From an uncultured Verrucomicrobiae bacterium (lineage in GTDB: Bacteria > Verrucomicrobiota > Verrucomicrobiia > Limisphaerales > UBA11358): a stretch of DNA of 64,000 bases. The stretch is from contig CAWBKH010000002.1 of the NCBI GenBank assembly GCA_963789335.1, positions 985,355 through 1,049,354 on the forward strand. The letters run 5' to 3'. The notes below the pieces were generated by a model that saw nothing but the letters and a program-made list of their open reading frames with translations, searched no databases and had not been told where the DNA came from. Made by a program: the position numbers and the translations under genes. Of this stretch, positions 55,976 through 64,000 are shown one piece after another (the stretch's first letter is position 1; each line of letters opens with the position of its first letter).

Positions 55976-57190
55976 ATGCCCGTCGCTGAATTAAATCCAC
56001 CATCGCCAACCGCCAACCCAAAATCCGCCGAGGTCGTCGTGTCCGTCCGCGGGCTGACGAAAATCTTCAAGGATTTTTGGAACCGCCCGAAGGCACGCGC
56101 CGTGGACAAGGTGGACTTTGAAGTGCGGCGAGGCGAGGTGTTTGGGCTGCTCGGGCCAAACGGCTCCGGCAAGTCCACGACGGTGAAGCTGATTCTGGGC
56201 CTGCTGTATCCAACGAAAGGACACATCGAAGTCTTCGGGCATTCGCCGCGGCACGTGCAGACGAAATCGCGCATCGGTTATCTGCCGGAGGAATCGTACC
56301 TTTACCGCTACCTCAATTCGCGGGAAACATTGGATTTTTTCGGGAACCTTTTTCACCTGTCCCGGGACGAACGCCACAACCGCACGGAACAATTGCTCGA
56401 AATGGTCGGGCTGGGCAAAACCCAGACGCGGGTCATCGGGGAATTTTCCAAGGGCATGCAGCGCCGCATCGGCCTGGCCCAGGCACTGATCAACGACCCC
56501 GATCTGGTGATTCTCGACGAGCCGACTTCCGGCCTCGATCCCATCGGCTGCCGCGAGGTGAAGGATTTGATTCTCGCGCTGGCGCGCCGCGGCAAGACGG
56601 TGATTTTGAGCAGCCATCTGCTCGCGGACGTGGAGGACGTCTGTGACCGCGTGGTGATTTATTACGGCGGCAAAATTCAGGCGATGGGCACGCTCAAGGA
56701 ACTGCTCGCCACGCCGGACACGCTGCGCATCACGACGCCGGTATTGCCGCGTGAAACGCTCGAACGCGTGCTGGAAATCATCCGTCATGACGCGGCCGCC
56801 GACCAGGTGCGCGTGGACAATCCGACGCAAAATCTGGAAAGTTACTTTCTCGACGTGGTGCAGCGGGCACGCCAGGCCGCAGCTGAAACGAGTGGCGCGG
56901 TTTCCGGCGCGCGCGTGGCGGCATATTTGCGCGCGGACGTTCAAGAGCAACCCGCTGCGGAAAAAATCCTGGAACGCCTGGCTTTGCCGGAAGCCGCCCG
57001 GCGGGTGGCCGCGCCGCAGCCCGTCCCGTCGGCAGAACCCGCGATCAACGAACAGAAGCTCGAAACTTTGACAAAAGCAACGGAACCGACGGCATCACCG
57101 GCCGAATCCATTCCCGCTGCCGAGGAAGTCCCGGCGGATTTGGCGAAAGCGGATGAGAAGCTTTCGTCGTTGCTGAACAAGCCCAAATAG
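55976..57190 (+). CDS. ABC transporter ATP-binding protein with ~150-aa low-complexity C-terminal tail
   Basis: GLLGPNGSGKST, LSKGMQRRIGLAQAL-type signature (FSKGMQRRIG) and ILDEPTSGLD. Confidence 0.9.
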   Translation: MPVAELNPPSPTANPKSAEVVVSVRGLTKIFKDFWNRPKARAVDKVDFEVRRGEVFGLLGPNGSGKSTTVKLILGLLYPTKGHIEVFGHSPRHVQTKSRIGYLPEESYLYRYLNSRETLDFFGNLFHLSRDERHNRTEQLLEMVGLGKTQTRVIGEFSKGMQRRIGLAQALINDPDLVILDEPTSGLDPIGCREVKDLILALARRGKTVILSSHLLADVEDVCDRVVIYYGGKIQAMGTLKELLATPDTLRITTPVLPRETLERVLEIIRHDAAADQVRVDNPTQNLESYFLDVVQRARQAAAETSGAVSGARVAAYLRADVQEQPAAEKILERLALPEAARRVAAPQPVPSAEPAINEQKLETLTKATEPTASPAESIPAAEEVPADLAKADEKLSSLLNKPK

Positions 57191-57234
57191 TAACGGTTCG
57201 ACGGCGTTCCGGCCCCGCCGAGACTGATTGATAA

Positions 57235-58611
57235 ATGCAACGATTATTTGCTATTGCCTGGTTGACATGGAAGGCCGCGCTTCGATTCCGGCTCTTTCTG
57301 GTCGTTGCCGTGCTGTTGCTGGCGGCGGTCGTTGGCTTACCCGTTTTGATCAAGAGCGACGGCACGGCGCGCGGGTTCACGGAAATTTTGATCACCTACA
57401 CCCTGAGCGCCATCACTGCCTTGCTCGGACTTTCGACGCTCTGGCTCTCCTGCGGCACGCTGGCGCGGGACATTGAGGAATGCCAGATCCAGGTCGTCGC
57501 GACCAAACCCGTGGCGCGCTGGCAAATCTGGCTGGGCAAATGGCTGGGCATCGTGTCGCTCAACGCGGCGTTGCTGGCGCTGTCGGGCGCGAGCGTTTAC
57601 GGCTTGCTGCAATGGCGTGCCACCCGGCTGCCGGCGGCGGAGCAGGAGATTTTACGCACCCAGGTGCTCGTGGCGCGCGGCGCCGCGCGACCGCCGGACT
57701 ACAGCGCAGAAATTGACACCCAGACCGAGCAACTGTTGCGGGCGCGCTTGAAACAAACTCCCCTTTCGGGTGCGAATCTGGCGACAGTACGGCAGCAAAT
57801 CCGCGAGCAGGTCAAGGCCACCTATCAACTCGTGCCGCCCGGGTACACCCGCGAATGGCAAATTGACCTCGGTTTCGCCAAAAATTTCCTGCGCGGCAAG
57901 CCGCTGCAATTGCGCGTGAAATTTGACACCGCGCAGGTCGGCCTGTCCGGCACCTTTGTCGGCCAGTGGCGGGTCGGCGAACCGGAAACGGCCAACGCCT
58001 GGTACAGCGGACCGATGAGTCTGTCGCCGAACACCTACCACGAGATTGACATCCCGCCGGATCTTTACGACCGCCAAGGCGTGCTGACGATTGATTTTTT
58101 AAATGCCAACAACACGTCCCTGTTGTTCCCGATGAACGACGGGATGGAGGTATTGTATCCCACGGGCGGGTTCGCGCTGAATTTTGTCCGCGGGCTGGGA
58201 ATCCTTTTTTGCTGGATGGCGCTGCTGGCGGCCATCGGACTGGCTTCGGCGAGTTTCCTGTCGTTTCCGGTCGCCACTTTTTTTTCGCTGGCCATGCTGG
58301 TGGTGGTGTTCTCCAGCGGGACGCTGGCCAACGCGGTGTCTCTGGGCACGCTCGGCCTCGGCAACCCGGGCACCGGCCCTTCCCCGGCGGACGAGGTGCT
58401 GCTGCCCCTTTACAAGGGCATCTTGATGGTGGTCAATTTGGTGAAAAATTTCTCGCCGATTGATGCGTTGAGCAGCGGGCGCGCCATTCCATGGGGCGAA
58501 CTGGGCGCCGCGTTTGGGCAAATTGTCTTGCTGTTCGGCGGCGTCATCGGACTGATTGGCATCGGTCTGTTCGCACGGCGTGAACTGGCCACGGCACAGG
58601 GAAATCAATGA
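57235..58611 (+). CDS. ABC-2-like permease with a large extracytoplasmic loop
   Basis: 458 aa. TM helices at both ends and a roughly 170-aa central soluble region. It follows the ATPase gene. Confidence 0.55.
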   Translation: MQRLFAIAWLTWKAALRFRLFLVVAVLLLAAVVGLPVLIKSDGTARGFTEILITYTLSAITALLGLSTLWLSCGTLARDIEECQIQVVATKPVARWQIWLGKWLGIVSLNAALLALSGASVYGLLQWRATRLPAAEQEILRTQVLVARGAARPPDYSAEIDTQTEQLLRARLKQTPLSGANLATVRQQIREQVKATYQLVPPGYTREWQIDLGFAKNFLRGKPLQLRVKFDTAQVGLSGTFVGQWRVGEPETANAWYSGPMSLSPNTYHEIDIPPDLYDRQGVLTIDFLNANNTSLLFPMNDGMEVLYPTGGFALNFVRGLGILFCWMALLAAIGLASASFLSFPVATFFSLAMLVVVFSSGTLANAVSLGTLGLGNPGTGPSPADEVLLPLYKGILMVVNLVKNFSPIDALSSGRAIPWGELGAAFGQIVLLFGGVIGLIGIGLFARRELATAQGNQ

Positions 58612-60158
58612 AGCCGCGCGCGAAGAAAGTCCTGTTGCTATTGCTGGCGGCGGCCTTGCTCGCTGGTTCCGGCCAGATGCAAAAGTCGTTAAACCAGGAC
58701 CGGAACAAGCTGGACCTGACGCGCATGACACCGCTCAAAGACGCGCCGCCGTTGCTGGCGTTTACGACCGTGGCGCTGGGTGGTTTTCGCGGATTGATCT
58801 CCAATCTCCTCTGGATTCGCGCCAATGAGCTGCAGCAGGAGGATAAATTTTTTGAAATGGTGCAACTCTCCGACTGGATCACCGACCTCGAGCCGCATTT
58901 CCCGCAGGTCTGGGCGTTTGAAGCCTGGAACATGGCTTGGAACATCTCCGTGAAGTTCAAGGATTTTTCGGACCGTTGGCGCTGGGTGCAGGCGGGCATG
59001 AGGCTGTTGCGGGACGACGGCCTGCGCTACAACCCCGACAACATTCTCATCTTCCAGCAGTTGAGCTGGATCTTCCAAAGCAAGATGGGACAAAACATGG
59101 ACGACGCCAATCAATACTATAAGGAACAATGGGCCAACGACATGATGCCGTTCTTCGGCCCATACGGGACGAATTTTGTCGAACTGCTCCATCCGCAAAC
59201 CGCCGAAGCCAGAACGCGCGTCCAGGAGTTCCGTTACAAATATAAAATGGATCCCGCTTTTGCGGAAAAAGTGAACGAACAATGGGGACCGCTCGACTGG
59301 CGCGTGCCGGAAGCCAGCGCGATTTACTGGGCCGCGCTCGGTTTGGAACGGGCGAAGGAAAATCCGAGCAAAGTAAAGGAATCCGATTTAATCCAGCTCC
59401 GCCGCTCCATTTACCAATCCATGCTACAAGCATTTTATCATGGTCGGCTGGTCATCAATCCCTTTGACAAATCGTATGATTTTTATCCAGATCTCGATCT
59501 GGTCTCCAAGGTCAATGACGCCTACGAAACCGAGTATGCCGAGGAATCTGATCCCAATCAGAAAAACGGCATCAAACATGCCCAGCGGAATTTCCTGCGC
59601 GACGCCGTTTATTTTCTCTACGAAGACAACCAGATTGCCGAGGCCGCGAAATGGTTCACTTATCTCTGCCGGAAATTTCCAGACCAGCCTCTCCTCGACA
59701 ACGACACCAATTCCCTCCCGTCGCAAATGACCCTCGACGAATACGCCGTCGCGTGCGTACAGGAAGATGTCGGTGGCACGGACCAGGACCGCACCACGGC
59801 TGCGGTCCAAGGCTTGCTTGCCAACTATTACGAGTACCTCGCCATTGGCCAGGATGACCGGGCTACCATTGCCAAACTGCTGGCCGCCAAAATTTACCAG
59901 AATTATGTCGCCAAAACCGCCCATTTCGACAACACCAAGCGGATCGCTTTGCCGCCGTTTGCCGATCTCAATCGCACGGTGCTCAACCGGTTGCTGGATT
60001 CCAAACAGGGGTTGCCCTATGCCGCGCGTGCCGTGTTGCGCACCCAGCTCAGGCTGCCGCCGGAATCCGTTTCCACCAACGTGCCGCCCGCTGCTGCCAT
60101 TTCCACCAACGCGCCCGAAGTCGTGGGCACGAACACCTCCAGTTCCGTCACCAAATAA
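58608..60158 (+). CDS. hypothetical protein with N-terminal signal/anchor, coupled to the ABC permease
   Basis: 516-aa ORF with an ATGA overlap with the permease gene. I recognise no motif. Confidence 0.6.
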   Translation: MKPRAKKVLLLLLAAALLAGSGQMQKSLNQDRNKLDLTRMTPLKDAPPLLAFTTVALGGFRGLISNLLWIRANELQQEDKFFEMVQLSDWITDLEPHFPQVWAFEAWNMAWNISVKFKDFSDRWRWVQAGMRLLRDDGLRYNPDNILIFQQLSWIFQSKMGQNMDDANQYYKEQWANDMMPFFGPYGTNFVELLHPQTAEARTRVQEFRYKYKMDPAFAEKVNEQWGPLDWRVPEASAIYWAALGLERAKENPSKVKESDLIQLRRSIYQSMLQAFYHGRLVINPFDKSYDFYPDLDLVSKVNDAYETEYAEESDPNQKNGIKHAQRNFLRDAVYFLYEDNQIAEAAKWFTYLCRKFPDQPLLDNDTNSLPSQMTLDEYAVACVQEDVGGTDQDRTTAAVQGLLANYYEYLAIGQDDRATIAKLLAAKIYQNYVAKTAHFDNTKRIALPPFADLNRTVLNRLLDSKQGLPYAARAVLRTQLRLPPESVSTNVPPAAAISTNAPEVVGTNTSSSVTK

Positions 60159-60199
60159 TTTTCGACGCCGCCCGGCGTCTCGCGTAGTTTAATTCGCCT

Positions 60200-61954
60200 G
60201 TGACGAAAAAACATTCCAGTGGCCGCCCGCTGCGCGTCGGCCTGATTTCGCTCGGCTGCGCCAAAAATCTCGTGGACGCCGAAATCATGCTCGGTTCGCT
60301 CCTTAAAAGCGGCGTGGAAATCACCAATGACGCCGCGCAGGCCGACGCCGTCATCGTCAACACCTGCTCGTTCATTGACTTTGCGCAGGAGGAGAGCGTG
60401 GACACCATCCTCGAATCCGCCGAGGTTCGCGAAGCGAAAAATCGCGGCCAAAGCCTGATTGTTTCCGGCTGCCTGCCGCAGCGGTTCCGCGACGAATTGC
60501 CAAAACTCCTGCCCGAAGTGGATGCGTTCATGGGCATTGACCAGGTCGCGCAGGTTTCGGAAATTGTCCGCAAGGCTGTGGCAAGTCGGGCAGCAAAAAT
60601 CGAGAAACATCGAACAGCAAACATTGAACGCCGAAAATCCAAGGAAAAAATCACCGGCCAGTTTGCAGAATTGGAGAAAAGCCGCACTGCCGGCGAACGT
60701 GAAAAATCCGAGTCCGTTCGCGGCGCGGAAAAATTTGGCAAAACAAAAACTGTTGTGGCTCCGTCCTCAACTCTCGACCCTCGGTCCTCGACCATTCTGA
60801 ATGTCACCCAACGCCCGACGTTCATCCCCGACTTTGCCACGCCGCGCTTCCGACTGACGCCGAGACATTTCGCCTACGTCAAAATCGCCGAGGGCTGCAA
60901 CCATCCGTGCAGCTTTTGCATCATCCCGCGGATGCGCGGTTCGCATCGCAGCCGGCAACAAACGGACATTGTGGCCGAAGCGAAGGCGTTGATTGCTGAT
61001 GGCGTGAAGGAAATCAATCTGATTTCACAGGACTCGACTTACTACGGATTGGATTTGCGCCCAAACCAATCGCGCGCGATTTCGTCACCGGAGAAATTTT
61101 CCGCCGCGGCCAAATCGCTTGCCGCCGATGCCACGACCATTTGCACACTGCTGCGTGAATTGAATGCGCTGCCCGGCGATTTCTGGATTCGCCTGCTGTA
61201 CACGCATCCGGCGCATTGGACGGATGAACTCATCCAGACCATCGCCGAATGCCCGAAGGTGGCGCGCTACGTGGACATTCCGCTCCAGCACATCCAGGAA
61301 AACATGCTCGAACGGATGCGCCGCGAAACTTCACAACAATACATCGTGGATTTAATTAAGAAAATCCGCGCAGGCGTGCCGGGCATCGCGCTGCGGACGA
61401 CCTTCATCGTCGGTTTTCCCGGTGAAACTGAGGCGAGCTTCAACACGCTCCTCGATTTCATCTGCGGAACAAAATTCGAGCGGCTCGGCGTGTTTACTTA
61501 TTCCAAGGAAGACGGTACCCGCGCCGGCGCCATGGCCGGGCACATTCCCGATAAAATCAAAAAACACCGACGCGAACTCGCCATGGCCGAGCAGCACAAA
61601 ATCGCCCGGCAGATTTCTGAATCCTTCGTCGGCCGCGAAATCAAAGTGCTCATCGAAGGCAAGGCGGACGCAAAACAACTGCAAACCGCGAACGTCAGTT
61701 CCTGGGAACACGGCTTCGTCCGCGAATCCGAAACTCTCAACCCTCAATTTTCAACCCTCAACTATTTGATTGGCCGCAGCGAGGCAGATGCGCCGGACAT
61801 TGACGGTCGGGTTTATGTTCGCGGCGAACTTCCGATTGGCGAATTTGCCCGTGTCAAAATCGTCGGCCACACCGATTACGATTTGATGGCCGAAACAACA
61901 AGAATTGGCGAAACAAGTTCGACCGACATGACAAATCGAGGCAAGTCCAGATGA
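60200..61954 (+). CDS. rimO: ribosomal protein S12 methylthiotransferase RimO (with repeat-derived insertions)
   Basis: LGCAKNLVDAEIMLG, radical-SAM CNHPCSFCIIP, and TRAM-like C-terminus ...GRSEADAPDIDGRVYV. GTG start. Confidence 0.85.
   Translation: MTKKHSSGRPLRVGLISLGCAKNLVDAEIMLGSLLKSGVEITNDAAQADAVIVNTCSFIDFAQEESVDTILESAEVREAKNRGQSLIVSGCLPQRFRDELPKLLPEVDAFMGIDQVAQVSEIVRKAVASRAAKIEKHRTANIERRKSKEKITGQFAELEKSRTAGEREKSESVRGAEKFGKTKTVVAPSSTLDPRSSTILNVTQRPTFIPDFATPRFRLTPRHFAYVKIAEGCNHPCSFCIIPRMRGSHRSRQQTDIVAEAKALIADGVKEINLISQDSTYYGLDLRPNQSRAISSPEKFSAAAKSLAADATTICTLLRELNALPGDFWIRLLYTHPAHWTDELIQTIAECPKVARYVDIPLQHIQENMLERMRRETSQQYIVDLIKKIRAGVPGIALRTTFIVGFPGETEASFNTLLDFICGTKFERLGVFTYSKEDGTRAGAMAGHIPDKIKKHRRELAMAEQHKIARQISESFVGREIKVLIEGKADAKQLQTANVSSWEHGFVRESETLNPQFSTLNYLIGRSEADAPDIDGRVYVRGELPIGEFARVKIVGHTDYDLMAETTRIGETSSTDMTNRGKSR
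60606..60640 (+). repeat. heptamer array AACATCG AACAGCA AACATTG AACGCCG AAAATCC inside rimO
   Basis: Same unit and same translated frame (KHRTANIER) as the intergenic array at 52657-52684 (KHRTSNIEH). Confidence 0.75.
60759..60793 (+). repeat. heptamer array CTCCGTC CTCAACT CTCGACC CTCGGTC CTCGACC inside rimO
   Basis: Period-7 repetition read directly; translated as APSSTLDPRSST. Confidence 0.75.
61736..61763 (+). repeat. heptamer array CTCAACC CTCAATT TTCAACC CTCAACT inside rimO
   Basis: Period-7 repetition read directly; translated as TLNPQFSTLN. Confidence 0.75.
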
Positions 61955-63396
61955 GCAAACCGCCAAAATCGCAATGGGACTTCGGCGAATTGTTTCCGAC
62001 GGAAGCAACGCGGAAAGTTTTGTCGGTCTCGGAATTGACGGCACAGGTCAAGCAGCTGCTGGAAAAACAGGTTGGCTCGGTGTGGGTGAGCGGTGAGATC
62101 ACCAATTTGCGGACGCAATCTTCGGGGCACCTGTATTTCACGCTCAAAGACGCCGGAGCGCAGTTGAGTTGCGTGCTGTTCCGGGGCGAGGCGGTCAGGA
62201 ACCGCAGCGTGTTGCAGGACGGCCAGAAGGTTCTCCTGCAAGGCGACGTGACGGTTTATGAAGCGCGCGGACAATATCAGCTCATCGTGCGCGCGGTGGA
62301 GTTGCAGGGTGTGGGCGCGCTGCAAATCGCCTTTGAGAAGCTCAAACAAAAGCTCGCGGCGGAAGGATTGTTTGCAACGGAACAGAAACGTCCGTTGCCT
62401 GAATATCCACAACGCGTCGGCCTAGTGACGTCGCCCACCGGCGCGGCGATTCGCGATGTGCTGCATGTCCTGCAACGGCGGAATCCGGCGCTGGAAATCA
62501 TTCTTGCGCCGTGCCGCGTGCAAGGCGACGGCGCGGCGGAGGAAATCGCAGCCGCCATCCGGCTGCTGAATGAGTGGCATGCATCACAGGTAGGGTCGTC
62601 GCGCTGCAACGACCGGACGGCGCAGCGCGCCGTCCCTACCGAAAATGGATTGGACTTGATTTTAGTAACTCGCGGCGGTGGCTCGCTGGAGGATTTATGG
62701 GCGTTCAACGAAGAAGCCGTGGCGCGGGCGATTTTTGAATCGGCAGTTCCGGTGATGTCGGCGGTAGGACACGAGATTGATTTTACCGTCAGCGACTTTG
62801 TCGCGGACGTCCGAGCTGCCACGCCGAGCGCCGCCGCGGAAATCATCACCGAGGGCGTGTTCGCCAGCCGTGAGTTTGTGGCCGAAGCGCCGGGCCTGCT
62901 GCGGCGAAGGGTCCGCCAACGGCTGGAAAGTGCCACCGCGGAATTCGAGCAACTCAAAGCGCGCTTGACCCGATCCCATCCGCGTCGGCAGTTGAATGAA
63001 TTTCTGCAACGGCTGGACGACCTGCAAAACGGTTTGCTGCGCTGTGCGAAGCAGGGAACAAAAGAACGGCAGGTAGCTTGGCACAATCTGGCAACGCGGC
63101 TCCTGCGTGTGCGTCCGACGCAGTTGTTGAAGCAGCGGCAAGAACTTTTGAAAACGAGCCGGCATCGGTTGCGGGAGCTGGCGTTGGTTAGCCTGCGGAA
63201 TTGGCGGAATCGTTTTGGTGCAACGGAAGCCAAATTGCGTTTGCTCAGTCCGGGGCAGGTTTTAGCGCGTGGTTATTCCATCACCACGGACGCCGCAACC
63301 GGAACGGTTTTGCGCGAGGCTGCTGAAGTGGAAACCGGTCAGCGTTTGAAAACGCGGCTAAAAACTGGCGAAATCTTCAGCCGGACCGAGAAGTGA
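61951..63396 (+). CDS. xseA: exodeoxyribonuclease VII large subunit
   Basis: [10 protein letters not shown]...GHLYFTLKD (OB fold) and [16 protein letters not shown]. ATGA overlap with rimO. Confidence 0.9.
   Translation: [481 protein letters not shown]
62589..62640 (+). repeat. 52-nt palindromic element GGTAGGGTC...GTCCCTACC inside xseA
   Basis: 43/52 identical to 18200-18251. It is translated in a different frame ([17 protein letters not shown]). Confidence 0.85.
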
Positions 63397-63462
63397 AGGC
63401 CACGATTGCAAGCATCTGACTCTGTACTGGACGGGCATAGCGGTTTTCCTTATCTTGTTTTC

Positions 63463-63726
63463 ATGTCAAAATCAGCCAAGGCCGACACGGTCAAGGGCAG
63501 CCTTCCGTTTGAAGAGGCCTTGAAGAAACTGGAAGGCATCGTTGAGGCGATGGAGTCCGAGGATTTGCCGCTCGAAGCCTTGCTGGCCCAATATGAAGAA
63601 GGCACCCGGCTCGTGAAAATCTGCCAGGAAAAACTGGCCGAGGCGGAATTGAAGATCCGGCAGTTGGAGAAGAACGCCGCCGGCGAAATGAAATTAAAAT
63701 CCTTTGAAGAAAACGCGAATGCGTGA
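63463..63726 (+). CDS. xseB: exodeoxyribonuclease VII small subunit
   Basis: LPFEEALKKLEGIVEAMESEDLPLEALLAQYEEGTRLVKICQEKL. ATG 63463 is preferred over the ORF-track start at 63406. Confidence 0.9.
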   Translation: MSKSAKADTVKGSLPFEEALKKLEGIVEAMESEDLPLEALLAQYEEGTRLVKICQEKLAEAELKIRQLEKNAAGEMKLKSFEENANA

Positions 63727-63728
63727 TT

Positions 63729-63801
63729 GGTTAACTGAGTTAAATAAGTTAAATCTGGCGAACGCGCCGAAACTGATTTAACTCATTTAGCTTATTTAAC
63801 C
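63729..63801. repeat. nested hairpin: inverted arrays of a 9-mer (GAGTTAAAT AAGTTAAAT / ATTTAACTC ATTTAGCTT ATTTAACC) around the GC-rich mini-hairpin GGCG-AAC-GCGCC
   Basis: Read directly. About 22 of 26 arm positions are complementary. Confidence 0.7.
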
Positions 63802-63816
63802 CGCTTGAACAACAAT

Positions 63817-64000
63817 ATGAGCCGATATCTCGACATGGTGGACGGACCGGAGCACGTCAAAAAGCTGACGGCCTCGCAACTGTTGCAACTCGCCGACGAA
63901 ATCCGGCAGGAACTCATCTCGGTGCTGGCCAGAAACGGGGGGCACCTCGGTCCAAACCTTGGCGTCGTTGAATTGACGCTCGCGCTGCACCGTGTCTTCA
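63817..64000 (+). CDS. dxs: 1-deoxy-D-xylulose-5-phosphate synthase, N-terminal fragment (continues beyond window)
   Basis: [61 protein letters not shown] is the conserved Dxs N-terminus. Confidence 0.9.
   Translation, partial: MSRYLDMVDGPEHVKKLTASQLLQLADEIRQELISVLARNGGHLGPNLGVVELTLALHRVF

Overview
This 64-kb chromosomal window is GC-rich: hand-counted 50-60 nt samples give about 60-68% GC in housekeeping genes. It most likely comes from a PVC-group bacterium, probably Verrucomicrobiota. That inference rests on a PEP-CTERM protein, pseudopilin-like proteins with a prepilin N-terminal methylation domain, and a GH2/GH53 glycan locus. I can support about 50 protein genes and one tRNA-Arg(CCG). 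I see no rRNA, no CRISPR array, and no transposase or integrase.

Main blocks, left to right:
- carB fragment, ClC channel, ruvB, membrane pyrophosphatase.
- A translationally coupled DHQS-like cyclase and NPP-type phosphatase pair.
- A lower-GC islet with a DUF4160/DUF2442 pair and two unassignable genes.
- rhlE-like helicase, an Arg-rich hypothetical, recA.
- hemL and tRNA-Arg.
- A roughly 13.6-kb, lower-GC galactan-utilisation-like locus: GH2, two GH53, a PA14-type histidine kinase with a NarL-type regulator, a PEP-CTERM protein, two pseudopilin-like proteins and a triple-repeat binding protein.
- PadR/PspC, tkt, manA-accA, zwf-osmC-pgl.
- purS-purQ-purL.
- A cluster of three SPFH proteins, a P1B-ATPase and an ABC transporter.
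- rimO-xseA-xseB-dxs.

The most unusual observations:
1. A low-GC 434-codon ORF sits exactly between purQ and purL and is fused in-frame to PurL with no stop codon.
2. Several families of short dispersed repeats occur both between genes and in-frame inside conserved housekeeping genes (hemL, xseA, purL, rimO, the phosphatase gene). They include REP/REPIN-like palindromes with GTAG...CTAC termini and tandem heptamer arrays.
3. A two-gene low-GC cassette of unknown function lies next to a toxin-antitoxin-like pair.
4. A structured leader or sRNA of about 185 nt, with its own promoter-like signal and intrinsic terminator, lies upstream of accA.
5. A perfectly conserved 15-mer precedes three genes of the glycan locus.

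All functional calls rest on motifs I recognise by eye. No database search was run.
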